A DNA stretch of 64,000 nt from positions 32,001 through 96,000 of the forward strand of contig CAXXWC010000003.1 of NCBI GenBank assembly GCA_963668645.2, in the 5' to 3' direction. Each line of letters opens with the position of its first letter. Position 1 is the first letter of the stretch. Source of the stretch: Desulfobacterales bacterium (GTDB taxonomy: Bacteria > Desulfobacterota > Desulfobacteria > Desulfobacterales > UBA2174). Made by a program: the position numbers and the translations under genes. Below are positions 47,993 through 57,939 of the stretch, in pieces. The notes under the pieces are model-generated. The model made no database searches. It worked only from the letters and a program-made list of their open reading frames with translations, and was not told where the DNA came from.

Positions 47993-50465
47993 TCAAATTT
48001 GAGATGCGGCAGCACCCCGCCTTTTTGCCCGATCGGTCGGCCGGGCCGCCAGCGGATCTTCGGGCCAGGGATGTTTGGGGTAGCGGCCGCGCAGGGCCTT
48101 GCGCACCTCGGGATAGCTGGTGCTCCAAAATCCGGCCAGATCCTGGGTGATCTGAACGGGCCGGCCGGCCGGTGAAAGCAGGTGTATGAGCACGGGCTGC
48201 CGGCCGTCGGCCACGGCGGGCGTTTCATGGCAGCCGAACATCTGCTGGACCCGGGCGGCCAGGACCGGCACTGGGCCGCTGTAATCCAGGGGCAGGCGCG
48301 CCCCACTGGGAACGACCAGGTGGGTCGGTGCGAGCCTGTCGAGCAGGTGCTGCCGGTGCCTGTCCAGGCAGCCTTTGAGGGCCGCATCCAGATCGATCTG
48401 TCCAACGGATCGGACCCCTGCCAGATAAGGCTCAAGCCAACTCTCCAGATTGGCGGCCAGGGTCTCGTCGCTCAGGTCCGGCCACCCGTCTTGCGGCAAA
48501 GCGCGGTGCACAAACGCCACCCGCTGTCGCCATCCTCTTAGCGCTCCGGTCCAGGGCAGACGTTTGATCCCCAAACGCCGGATCCCCTCGCACAAGGCGG
48601 CCGCCACCTGCTGCGGATCCGGCCTGGCCGCAGGCTCCCGATGCAGGATCAAGGCTCCGAAGCGGATCTCGCGGTGCGCCGCCACCATCTGCCGGGCCTG
48701 ATCCCAGGCTACCGTCTCTATCATCTCACACTGATCGCCGAACTGATTTTCTAGACTCTCGCGGTCATAACCGGCCGCCATGAAGATCCGCCCCCGGGGC
48801 CGTTCACCATCCATTTCGGCAATGACCAGGTAAGGGCTTCCGGCCAGATGATCCCGGCCGTCGCAGACTGCCTCGCGGCCGTTGGCCAGCACAAACCGGC
48901 CCCGAGAGCCGTCGCGCAATTTTGCGATGCGGTCCGGATAGGCCCGGGCGAGCAGGGCGCCGGCTGAAAAATCGCTGCTCGCCTTTGCCGGGACCTTGAG
49001 GCGCCGTGCAAAAAAACGCGCCAGCCGCTGCAAACGCCCGCCGGCCATGTCTTGACCGGCGGCGGCCATTTCGATCCGATCATGGATGTCGATGTTCGCC
49101 GGCCCCGGCATGGACCGCAGCGGATCAGGCTCGCTCAAGACCGCGGCCAAAAGGCAGGCGGCCCACCCTTCTCCCTGTTCCCGGGCGCAAAGAAGCATGT
49201 GGGCCAGGCGCGGATGCACCCCGAGCCGGGCCATGGCCCGGCCGTGGGCGGTGATCCGGCCGCCGGCGTCCAGGGCTCCGAGACGGTCCAGCAGACGGCG
49301 CGCGGCTTCGAAGGGCGCCTCGGGGGGCGCATCGAGCCAGGCCAGGCTCCGCGGGTCGGTTGTGCCCCAGCAGGCCAGCTCGAGTGCCAGTGCGGCCAGA
49401 TCGGTCTCCAGGATCTCGGCCCTTCTGCTTTCAACAAGCCCCCCATTTTCGTGGGCGGACCAGAGGCGATGGCAAACGCCCGGGGCCGTACGGCCGGCCC
49501 GGCCCCGCCGCTGGTCGGCGGTATCGCGGGACACCGGGAGGGTGACCAGGCGGGTCATGCCGCTGGAGGGATCGAAGCGCGGCCGCCGTTCCAGTCCGCT
49601 GTCGATCACCACCCGGATCCCCTCGATGGTCAGGCTGGTTTCGGCGATGGCCGTGGCCAGCACGATCTTGCGCCGGCCGGCCGGCGGCGGGGGAAACGGC
49701 CAGATCCTGGGCGTGGGGGTTGAGAATTCCGCAAAGAGGCGCCACGATCCACTCAGACCCCAGCCCGAAGCGATCGAGCCAGGCCGCGGTGCGCCGGATC
49801 TCGGCGGCCCCGGGTAAAAACACGAGGATACTCCCCTCTTCCTCCAGCGCCGCGCGGGCCACGGCCCGGCCCACCGACTCTTCGAGGGGGAGGCGACGGT
49901 CCGTCGGCCGATAGCACGTTTCCACGCTGAAACGGCGCCCTGCGGCCCGGATCACCGGGACATTGCCCAGCAGGGCGGCCACCGGTTCGGCGGCCAGGGT
50001 GGCGCTCATCACCAGCAGGCGCAGATCCGGGTTCAGTACCTGCTGAATCTCGCGGCACAGGGCCAGTCCCAGATCCGATTCGAGGTGGCGTTCGTGGAAC
50101 TCGTCGAAGATGACCAACCCCACATCTTCCAGGCCCGGATCCTGCTGAAGCCTGCCGGTGAGCACCCCTTCCGTGACCACTTCGATGCGGGTCGAGGCGC
50201 CGACCCGCCGTTCCAGACGCACCGCATAGCCCACCGTCCTGCCGACAGGCTCGCCGAGCAGATCCGCCATGCGCCGCGCGGCCATACGTGCCGCCAGACG
50301 CCTCGGCTCCAGCATCAGGATGCGCCGCCGGGCGAGCCAGGCGGCATCGGCCAGCCCCAGGGGAACAAGGGTGGTCTTGCCGGCCCCGGGCGGCGCCTGC
50401 AGCACCGCAGCCCCCTTTTGATTCAAGGCCGCCGATAGCTTCCCCATGACGGTTGCCACCGGCAT
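47993..50465 (-). pseudogene. hrpB: ATP-dependent helicase HrpB with a +1 frameshift (or sequencing error) at 49689-49693
   Basis: 5' frame: APPGAGKTT, DEFHER, MSAT, VFLPG. 3' frame: LATAIAETSLTIEG, QRRGRAGR, LLSPAGRPVQITQDL, RYPKHPWP. Frames join if one base of a 5-G run is removed. Confidence 0.9.
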
Positions 50466-50602
50466 GGTGTCCAAGGCCTCTTGAACCTGCCCGGTTGGCA
50501 GGCAATTGCAGGATGTGAATCCTTTTGACTTTTCGCCGATCATTTCTTACACAGAATCAGATTGATAATCGATCTCATGAACCTGCTTAAAGGAGAAGAT
50601 CA

Positions 50603-51415
50603 ATGGCCGAATGGCTGACCAGCGCCCAGCAACTCATATTTCAATACGGTCTTCAGATCCTATATGCCGTCATTGTACTCATCATCGGCCGCTGGGCCGC
50701 CAAATTCGTCAGGCGCATCATCGAGCGTTTGATGGAAAAGGGTGGCCTGGATCCCACCATCGTCAAATTCACGGGCAATCTGAGCTATATCGCCTTGCTG
50801 GCCTTCGCCGTTTTGGCCGCCTTGAACCAGCTCGGGATCCAGACCACCTCCTTCGTGGCCCTGCTCGGCGCCGCCGGCCTGGCCATCGGTCTGGCCTTGC
50901 AGGGATCCTTGTCCAACTTCGCCGCCGGATTTCTCATGATCCTCTTTCGCCCTTTCAAGGTGGGCGACTACATCGAGGCCGGCGGCACGGCCGGCACGGT
51001 GGAAGAGATCCAGATTTTCACCACCACCATGAAAACCCCGGACAACAAGATCGTCATCGTGCCCAACAGCAAACTGACGGCCGACAACATCATCAACTGG
51101 TCTACCCGGGGGACCCGCCGGGTGGATATGGTCTTCGGAATCGGATACGGGGATGATATCGACAAGGCAAGGTCCGTAATTCTGTCGATCATCGAAGCCG
51201 ATCCCCGGGTGCTCAAGGATCCGCCCCCCCAGGTGGCCCTCTGGCAACTGGGGGAAAGCAGCGTCGATTTCGTGGTCCGCCCCTGGGTCAAGTCCGGCGA
51301 TTACTGGAACGTCTGGTTCGAGACCACCGAGAAGGTCAAGAAAGCCTTTGACGCCGAAGGGATCAGCATCCCCTTCCCCCAGCGCGACGTGCATGTCTAC
51401 CAGCACGACGATTGA
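50603..51415 (+). CDS. mscS: Small-conductance mechanosensitive channel
   Basis: GAAGLAIGLALQGSLSNFAAG, RPFKVGD, IVPNS, IPFPQRDVH. Confidence 0.95.
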   Translation: MAEWLTSAQQLIFQYGLQILYAVIVLIIGRWAAKFVRRIIERLMEKGGLDPTIVKFTGNLSYIALLAFAVLAALNQLGIQTTSFVALLGAAGLAIGLALQGSLSNFAAGFLMILFRPFKVGDYIEAGGTAGTVEEIQIFTTTMKTPDNKIVIVPNSKLTADNIINWSTRGTRRVDMVFGIGYGDDIDKARSVILSIIEADPRVLKDPPPQVALWQLGESSVDFVVRPWVKSGDYWNVWFETTEKVKKAFDAEGISIPFPQRDVHVYQHDD

Positions 51416-51548
51416 AAAGTCCCTGATTCGACTCTCGATGTTGGCGGCCAATAACCGGCATGCAGCGCGGCCAGATGAAACATGCCGTTGTGTGGCGTTA
51501 CGGCATGCACCGGAAACCGAGTTGTGCGCTGTTGGGCACCCGCCAGGC

Positions 51549-52634
51549 TCAAGAAATATCCATCACGGTCACCGCGACTTGCCGCGAACGTCCTTCACGC
51601 TCCACGGTCAGGTTCACCGGGTTGCCGATTCCGACCCGTTCGAGGATAGCGGCCAGATCTGAAAGATTGGCCACCGGCTGACCTTCGGCGGCCACGATGA
51701 CATCCCCGAACCGGTGTTGGAGCCGATCCATCGCCTGGAGTCCGACCCGCTCGGCCGAGCTGCCCGGCAGGACCCGCTCGATCACCACGCCGCGCAACCC
51801 CAGTCTAGCCGCGGCCTCTTCGTCCAGCACCACGATTCCCAATCCGGGCCGGGTCACCCGGCCGCGCCGGATCAGTTCCGGCACGATGCGGTTGACCGTA
51901 TCCACCGGCACGGCGAAGCCGACTCCTGCGAAGCTGCCCGATTGGCTCAGGATGGCGGTGTTGACCCCGATCAGGCGGCCGGCCGAATCGAGCAGGGGGC
52001 CGCCGCTGTTACCCGGGTTGATGGCCGCATCGGTCTGGATCACGCCGCTGATCTCGCGTCCGGTTCCTGCCGGCAGGCGGCGTCCCAGGGCGCTGATCAC
52101 CCCTGCGGTCAGGGTCCGGTCCAGGCCGAAGGGGTTGCCGATGGCGAAAACGGCCTGGCCGACCTTGAGATCGGTTGCCGTGCCGATGAGGATGGGCGCC
52201 GGCAGACTGCGGCTGGCTGCCAACTGGATCACGGCCAGGTCGTGGTCGGCCGAACCGCCCACCAGGCGGGCATCCACCGCCTCGCCCGAATCGAGGCGCA
52301 CCCGGATCCGGGACGCGTTCTCCACCACGTGGAAATTGGTCACCACGTGGCCGGCCCGGTCCCATACGAATCCGGAACCGGCGCCCCGCACATGCGCCCC
52401 ACCACCCGATGGCGACCAGCCCGCGCCTTCGGTGAAGATGTAGACCACCGAAGGCGCGGTCTGGGCAAAGATGGTGATGGCAAGCGTCTCGAATTCGGCC
52501 AACTCGCCGCGGGCCGTCACGGCCCTCGGCTGGTTGGCGCTCCACCAAAAACCGCGGATCAACCGGTCGCCCAGGTAAACCACCGCGATAATGGCCGTCC
52601 AGAGGACGAGGTAGCGAAGGGTGCGGGAAGACAC
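51549..52634 (-). CDS. Trypsin-like serine protease with PDZ (DegQ/HhoA family)
   Basis: GSGFVW, VTNFHVV, DLAVI, AIGNPFGL, IQTDAAINPGNSGGPL; GTG start inferred. Confidence 0.92.
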   Translation of the reverse strand: MSSRTLRYLVLWTAIIAVVYLGDRLIRGFWWSANQPRAVTARGELAEFETLAITIFAQTAPSVVYIFTEGAGWSPSGGGAHVRGAGSGFVWDRAGHVVTNFHVVENASRIRVRLDSGEAVDARLVGGSADHDLAVIQLAASRSLPAPILIGTATDLKVGQAVFAIGNPFGLDRTLTAGVISALGRRLPAGTGREISGVIQTDAAINPGNSGGPLLDSAGRLIGVNTAILSQSGSFAGVGFAVPVDTVNRIVPELIRRGRVTRPGLGIVVLDEEAAARLGLRGVVIERVLPGSSAERVGLQAMDRLQHRFGDVIVAAEGQPVANLSDLAAILERVGIGNPVNLTVEREGRSRQVAVTVMDIS

Positions 52635-52644
52635 GGCTCCGCCG

Positions 52645-53121
52645 TCAACCGGCGCCCAGGCCCGCCAAGGCCTTGAGCACCGCGGGAACCGTGTTCTTGG
52701 GGCTGATCTTGTACCAGACAGCAGCGATGCGTCCGGTTTCATCCACGAGAAAGGCACTGCGCACCACCCCCATGAAGGACCGGCCGTAGAGCTTCTTTTC
52801 AGCCCAGACGCCGTAAGCCTCGGCGGTCCGGTGCTCAGGGTCGCTCAGAAGCGGGAAACCGAGATTGTGCTTGTCGTCGAAGCGCTTCTGGGCCTGGGGC
52901 GTGTCGGGACTGATGCCCACCACTGCAGCGCGCCGCTCGGCCAGCTGTCCAAGGGCATCGCGCACCGCCTGGGCCTGGGTGGTGCAGCCGGAGGTGCCGG
53001 CCCTGGGGTAGAAGTAAACCAAAAGCATTCGCCTGCTGAAATCCTCAAGGCTGACCGGCTGTCCATCCTGATCGTCGAGGGTAAAGCAGGGGGCTTTGTC
53101 ACCGGGCTTCAGTTCGACCAT
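52645..53121 (-). CDS. bcp: Thioredoxin-dependent peroxiredoxin Bcp
   Basis: YFYPRAGTSGCTTQA, GISPD, FPLLSD, RSAFLVD. Confidence 0.92.
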   Translation of the reverse strand: MVELKPGDKAPCFTLDDQDGQPVSLEDFSRRMLLVYFYPRAGTSGCTTQAQAVRDALGQLAERRAAVVGISPDTPQAQKRFDDKHNLGFPLLSDPEHRTAEAYGVWAEKKLYGRSFMGVVRSAFLVDETGRIAAVWYKISPKNTVPAVLKALAGLGAG

Positions 53122-53186
53122 GTCGCCATCCTTTTGCATGCGTCCTCTTGTCAGTCGTCAAGAAAGAGCCAAAACCGCCCCGGCGT

Positions 53187-54551
53187 TCAGCGCATCAACC
53201 AAAGCGCCACCTGAAAATAGATTGCGATTCCGGCCGCATCGATGATCGTGGCGATAAAAGGGCCGGCGGTCAAGGCCGGATCGAGTCCCAGCCTCTTGAG
53301 CAGCAAAGGCAGCAAAGAGCCCACCAGGTTGGCGGTGAGCAGGGTCGCCAGAAGGGCCGTGGCCACGATGGCGCTCAGAATCAGGTTGCTGTCCTGAAAA
53401 TAGACCCGCAGCCAGGCCATGATGCCCAGGGCCGCTCCCAGGGCCAGCCCCATGAGCAGCTCGCGCCAGAAGACCCTGCCGAAATCCTTGGGCTGGATTT
53501 CCCCCAGGGCCATGGCCCGCACCACCATGGTGGCGGACTGGGTGCCTGCGTTGCCGCTGGCGCCGATCACCATGGGGATAAAAAAAGAGAGGGCCACCAT
53601 CTGATGGAGTACCGCGGCGTTGTATTCCATCACCGAGGTGGAAAGGATCGAGGTGAACAAAAGGATGGCCAGCCACCAGAAGCGGTTCCAGAAAAGACGC
53701 ACCAGAGGCCAGCGCAGGTACTGCTCTTCGAAGGGTACCACGGCCGAGATGCGCTGAAAGTCTTCGGTGTTCTCGTCGCGCAGGATGTCCATGGCATCGT
53801 CAAAGGTCACGATCCCCAGCAGCCGCTGCTCGTGGTCCACCACCGGCAGGGCGATAAAATCGTACTTGGCCAGCTGCCGGGCCACCTCCTCGACACCGGT
53901 GTCGTGAAACACTGAGATCACGTCGGTGGTCATCACCTCGGCCAGACGCTGGCGCGGGTTGGACATGATCAAATGCCGCAGGCTGATCACGCCTTGGAGC
54001 TGCCGCCGTGCGGCGGTGATGTAAACGTAATAGATGGTTTCTCGGTTGGGTGCCTGGAGCCGAAGCTGGGGCAGGGCCTCGCCCACGGTCAGTTCGGCGG
54101 GAAGAAAGGCATACTCGGTGGTCATTTCCGCCCCGGCGGTCCCCTCTTCGTATTTCCAGAGGCGCTGGGTGGCGTTGCGCTCGGCCTGGGCGATAAGGGG
54201 CATCATGGCCTCGCGCACGTCCTCATCGACGCTCTTGAGCAGGTCGACCCGATCGTCGGGCTCCATGTGTTCGATGAGCTGGAGCATGCGCTGGGCGCTG
54301 CCCGCTTCGAGACAGGCCTTCTGGGAGGCCATCGAAAGGCGGCTGAAGGTCTCGGCCGCCACGGAATTACCGATGGCCCGCAGCACCTCTATAAGCTGCA
54401 CCGGGTCGAGAGCGGCCTCTTCGAGTTCGTCGGCGATGTCGGATGGATGGCGCTGGCGCAGCGATTCGACATCCACCGGCAGCACAACGGCCTCGGCCGG
54501 CGCGGACGGGTTGGGTGAAGGATTGGCGTTGGGGTGGCTGGGGCTGCTCAC
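53187..54551 (-). CDS. mgtE: Magnesium transporter MgtE
   Basis: HPSDIA, CBS pair, GASGNAGTQS, DPALTAGPFIATIID; RBS AAGGAGG before GTG. Confidence 0.95.
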   Translation of the reverse strand: MSSPSHPNANPSPNPSAPAEAVVLPVDVESLRQRHPSDIADELEEAALDPVQLIEVLRAIGNSVAAETFSRLSMASQKACLEAGSAQRMLQLIEHMEPDDRVDLLKSVDEDVREAMMPLIAQAERNATQRLWKYEEGTAGAEMTTEYAFLPAELTVGEALPQLRLQAPNRETIYYVYITAARRQLQGVISLRHLIMSNPRQRLAEVMTTDVISVFHDTGVEEVARQLAKYDFIALPVVDHEQRLLGIVTFDDAMDILRDENTEDFQRISAVVPFEEQYLRWPLVRLFWNRFWWLAILLFTSILSTSVMEYNAAVLHQMVALSFFIPMVIGASGNAGTQSATMVVRAMALGEIQPKDFGRVFWRELLMGLALGAALGIMAWLRVYFQDSNLILSAIVATALLATLLTANLVGSLLPLLLKRLGLDPALTAGPFIATIIDAAGIAIYFQVALWLMR

Positions 54552-54618
54552 GGCGCGCCTCCTTTTCGCAATCGTTTTTCACTGTCGAAAACCGTTGCGA
54601 ACCGGGGCGCCCGCGCGC

Positions 54619-54750
54619 TCAGCGGATCAGGCGGAACGGCACGGCGGCACGGCGGCAGGGCTCTGCGACAGCGGGAAACCGGACAGTCAATGGGACAGGG
54701 TCGTCCGGATCGTCGAATTGTTGGGGACTAGTACCAGGGTCTCCGTCCAT
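54619..54750 (-). CDS. Candidate Pro-rich leader peptide (uORF) upstream of mgtE
   Basis: Hand translation MDGDPGTSPQQFDDPDDPVPLTVRFPAVAEPCRRAAVPFRLIR* (43 aa, 8 Pro); RBS AGGAAAGG 6 nt upstream; below the ORF track cut-off. Confidence 0.5.
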   Translation of the reverse strand: MDGDPGTSPQQFDDPDDPVPLTVRFPAVAEPCRRAAVPFRLIR

Positions 54751-54845
54751 GGGGTACCTTTCCTAAGTGTTACCGGCCAAAGCCCGGACCGTGGTAAAAA
54801 ACGATCGGCCAAAACTGGTCCAGGACCATTGCAAAATTCCGAGGC

Positions 54846-54875
54846 ACTTTAAGCCCACCGTATCGTGGCTGTCAA
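54846..54875 (-). promoter_or_regulatory. Possible sigma70 promoter for the mgtE leader
   Basis: Minus strand TTGACA (54875-54870), 18 bp spacer, TAAAGT (54851-54846). Confidence 0.4.
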
Positions 54876-55200
54876 GACGCAAACGCCGGGGCCTGCGATT
54901 CTCGCCACGCCCCAGGTGGCAGGGTCCGGATCCAGAGGACAACGGGGCATCACGAACGCCCCCTGGGTAGCCCCGCAAGCAGGAGAAAATCCTTCGCATC
55001 GTTGTGAGAATTTGATTGATTTTGAAAAAATACGACCCCGGCCGGTTGCCATCCGGCCCGGGACGCCTTATTAGTGCCGGCGCACCCCGTCGCACAATCG
55101 GCCGGGGTGCGCCTGTTTCCAATCGCCGCCAAAAGCCGCTGGACGGCACGGCGCCGGGCTTTTAAACTGAAGACGACCGACTCACGCAAAGGAGAGCAAC

Positions 55201-55758
55201 ATGACGGATCGCGGGCAAACGACCCTTTACAGCGGCGGACACAAAGGAGCCGAGGCCGAGTTCGGCCGGCTGGCCGAGCAGTGGGGGCTGAACGAAGTCA
55301 ATTTTTCTTACGAGGGCAACGTACCGCAACGCATGCGCGGCCTGCGGGTACTGAGCCTTCAGGAACTCGACAAGGGCAACGTGAGCATGGAAATCGTATC
55401 GACCCGGCTGGGGCGCACCTTTTCCAAAGCCGAAAAGATCCGCAAGGTCATTCAGGCGATCTTCCACATGGTCAACAACGGCTACCATGTCCTGGCGGTG
55501 GGCTGGATCCAGACGGACGGCACCGTCAAGGGGGGCACCGGCTGGGGCGTCGAACTGGCCAAGCTCTTCAATCGCCCGCTCCATGTCTACGACCAGGACC
55601 GCCGGGCCTGGTTCGCCTGGAAGAACAACTCCTGGGTGGCCGAAACTCCGGTCCTGGCGCATAAAACTTTCGTCGGCACCGGCACGCGCAACCTCAGCGA
55701 CGAGGGCCGGCGGGCCATCGGCGACTTTTTCGAAACCAACTTCGGTCCGGCCCGCTGA
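55201..55758 (+). CDS. Conserved hypothetical protein (Rossmann/SLOG-like Gly motifs)
   Basis: RBS AGGAG; LYSGGHKGAE, KGGTGW and FVGTGTR. Confidence 0.7.
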   Translation: MTDRGQTTLYSGGHKGAEAEFGRLAEQWGLNEVNFSYEGNVPQRMRGLRVLSLQELDKGNVSMEIVSTRLGRTFSKAEKIRKVIQAIFHMVNNGYHVLAVGWIQTDGTVKGGTGWGVELAKLFNRPLHVYDQDRRAWFAWKNNSWVAETPVLAHKTFVGTGTRNLSDEGRRAIGDFFETNFGPAR

Positions 55759-55884
55759 AAGGTTTGGCGGTCATCCCGCTGAGCAGGGATGGCGGTCACG
55801 CTTTTTCATCTTTCCGGCCGCGTCTTGCCAGCGAGGACGCCTGCGCCGGGCCCCACCGGGGTGCTACCACCGTGGTGCCAGGGT

Positions 55885-56463
55885 TCACTCCCGCTCGGAG
55901 ATGTCCTTTACGTGCTCTGGTCCGGCGGCATAGGCGCGGATCATCTCGATCTCGTTTTTGGGAATGCACAGGGCCTGAAGAAAGCGCAGGTGCTTTTGCG
56001 GCGCCCGGCGCTCGAACTCCCGGTGCCAGACGAGCATATCGTCCTCGCTGAACCCCGAGGCGGCGAGCAGGTCAACCCAGGCAGCCTTGTCGAGCATCCC
56101 GTCTTCGGGGAGACGGCCGGCGCCGAGCAGTCCGAGAATCAGCCTCTGCTGCTGGCGCAGGGCCTGGATCTCCTGGCTCAGCTCATCAAGTCGCGCCTCC
56201 AGGGTCCGGGCCAGGCGGCTTTCCGGTGCCTCCAGCACCCTGACGATGGCCCCCAGGCCAAGGCCGGCGCGCCGGTACGCCATGATCTGGCCGAGGCGTG
56301 CAGCGTCGGCCTGGCTGTATTGGCGGTAGCCACCCGGTGTGCGTCCCGAAGGCCGCAGCAGGCCGATGCGGTCATAGTAGAGCAGGGCGGTACGCGACAG
56401 GCCGTAGCGGCGTGCCAGACGGCCGACGGTGTATCCGGTCCGGTCCTTCATGGGGGATTCCAT
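55885..56463 (-). CDS. MerR-family transcriptional regulator
   Basis: YTVGRLARRYGLSRTALLYYDRIGLL.PS.RT.GGYRQY. Confidence 0.92.
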   Translation of the reverse strand: MESPMKDRTGYTVGRLARRYGLSRTALLYYDRIGLLRPSGRTPGGYRQYSQADAARLGQIMAYRRAGLGLGAIVRVLEAPESRLARTLEARLDELSQEIQALRQQQRLILGLLGAGRLPEDGMLDKAAWVDLLAASGFSEDDMLVWHREFERRAPQKHLRFLQALCIPKNEIEMIRAYAAGPEHVKDISERE

Positions 56464-56493
56464 TTTTTCTGCACCTTTGAAGGGCCGTCCGGT

Positions 56494-57012
56494 TTATCCC
56501 GGCTCGTCCATGTGGGCAGATGCGGCGCCCAGGGCCGCATCCAGCGTCAACCGGGCACCGGTGGCCAGATAGTGGTTGAGCATCCGCTCCAGGGCCGCAT
56601 GCTGGGCCGCATAGGTAGCCTCGTCGATCCCCGCCAGCAGCCGGGCGCCCTTCTCGTCAAGGGCGGTGTAGACCCGGGTCCAAACACTGTTGCACCCGCC
56701 ACCGCCAGCCTCATCAAGCAAGATGCTGAGCCGGGTGACACGATGGGCGCCGACGATGACGTAGTCGATGCGCCGCGGCGGATCGTAGCAGGAGCAGGTC
56801 CAGGTCTCGGGGCCGCCGTTTTGCGCAAAATCGGTCTTAAAGACACAGTCCAATTCGGCGACCCCGCTGGCGGAATGGATCAACATACACTGCCAGGGTT
56901 CGATCCAGTCGTACTCGCGTACCGGACAGAGCAGCGCGAAAACGTCGGCAGCCGGGGCGCGATGCGCGGCCCGGTAGTGGCGCACGATGCGGGTGGTGGT
57001 CGATTGGTCCAT
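56494..57012 (-). CDS. Hypothetical protein (SRPBCC-like)
   Basis: RBS GGAGG before ATG 57012; VFALLCPVREYDWIEPW. Confidence 0.65.
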   Translation of the reverse strand: MDQSTTTRIVRHYRAAHRAPAADVFALLCPVREYDWIEPWQCMLIHSASGVAELDCVFKTDFAQNGGPETWTCSCYDPPRRIDYVIVGAHRVTRLSILLDEAGGGGCNSVWTRVYTALDEKGARLLAGIDEATYAAQHAALERMLNHYLATGARLTLDAALGAASAHMDEPG

Positions 57013-57132
57013 ACGGTTCCTCCAAGCAGTTCGGGTTAGGTTCGCTTCACCGCCCCTCGCCTGCACTATGAACCGGTAGACAGGTCAACTGAAAAAATCG
57101 CCGCTATCACCGTCAGGTTTATCACCGCCCGG

Positions 57133-57879
57133 TCAGGGAATCGTGTCCATGGCCGCAAAACGCGGCTCGTGCAGCGGAATCAGGATGTCGGCCATGTCGC
57201 GCACCCGGCGCAGGATATCGTAGGCCTGGCAGGGGTTGACCGGGGTGCCAGGAGGAATCACTTCCATCTCCATGGCCCGGATGGCCGCCGGGGGATCGAA
57301 GTTTTCCGCGATGACGCAAAAACCGGTAATCACCGCCAACCCTTCGGCGGTATCCACCGCCACGCTCATCCCGCCTTCGGTGTGGGCCGGGGTGTGGATC
57401 ATGCGAATCCCGGGCATGATCTGGGTGTCCCCGGTCAGCGCTGTGATCTGGCCGTTTTCCTCCACCTCCTCGATGTAGTCTTCAAGGTAGCGAAAATCGA
57501 GGGGATGCGGATCGTGGATGTGCTCCAGTTCCTTCTGGTGGACGTAGAAACGGGCGTTTGCGCACTTGTAGTCGTTTTCGCAGTGGTCGTTGTGAAGATG
57601 GGTGTGAATCACAACGTCGATCTCTTCGGGCTTGAGGCCCCAACGCGCCAGCCCCTCTTCGAAGGTGTAGATCGGCCCACCGATGGTCTTTTCGCGGTCC
57701 GCGCTGCGGATGGGGCTCATCTCTCCGCTATCGACCAGGATCTTCTTGTCCCCGCCCTCAAGGTACCAGCAGTAGATGGGAATGGTGTACGGCCTGCCGT
57801 ACTCGTGCTGGTAGGTCATCATCCCCTTGTCAAACACCTTGGTGCCCATCACGATGGGGTGGATGCGATAGGTGTCCAT
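57133..57879 (-). CDS. Metallo-beta-lactamase-fold hydrolase (AHL-lactonase family)
   Basis: LVDSG, HTHLHNDH (HxHxDH), TPAHT.G, PLHE. Confidence 0.88.
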   Translation of the reverse strand: MDTYRIHPIVMGTKVFDKGMMTYQHEYGRPYTIPIYCWYLEGGDKKILVDSGEMSPIRSADREKTIGGPIYTFEEGLARWGLKPEEIDVVIHTHLHNDHCENDYKCANARFYVHQKELEHIHDPHPLDFRYLEDYIEEVEENGQITALTGDTQIMPGIRMIHTPAHTEGGMSVAVDTAEGLAVITGFCVIAENFDPPAAIRAMEMEVIPPGTPVNPCQAYDILRRVRDMADILIPLHEPRFAAMDTIP

Positions 57880-57939
57880 GAAGCATGCCTCTCCAAGCCC
57901 CGGAACGTGCGTTGCGTGCACCCTGGGGCGGCCCGTCGT

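Noticed and set aside
54552..54850. M-box (ykoK) or yybP-ykoY riboswitch upstream of mgtE
   Set aside because: Conserved aptamer motifs not recognised; an Rfam scan is needed to exclude them formally.
57133..57879. Quorum-quenching system
   Set aside because: The HxHxDH lactonase-family fold covers many substrates; no luxI/luxR context.
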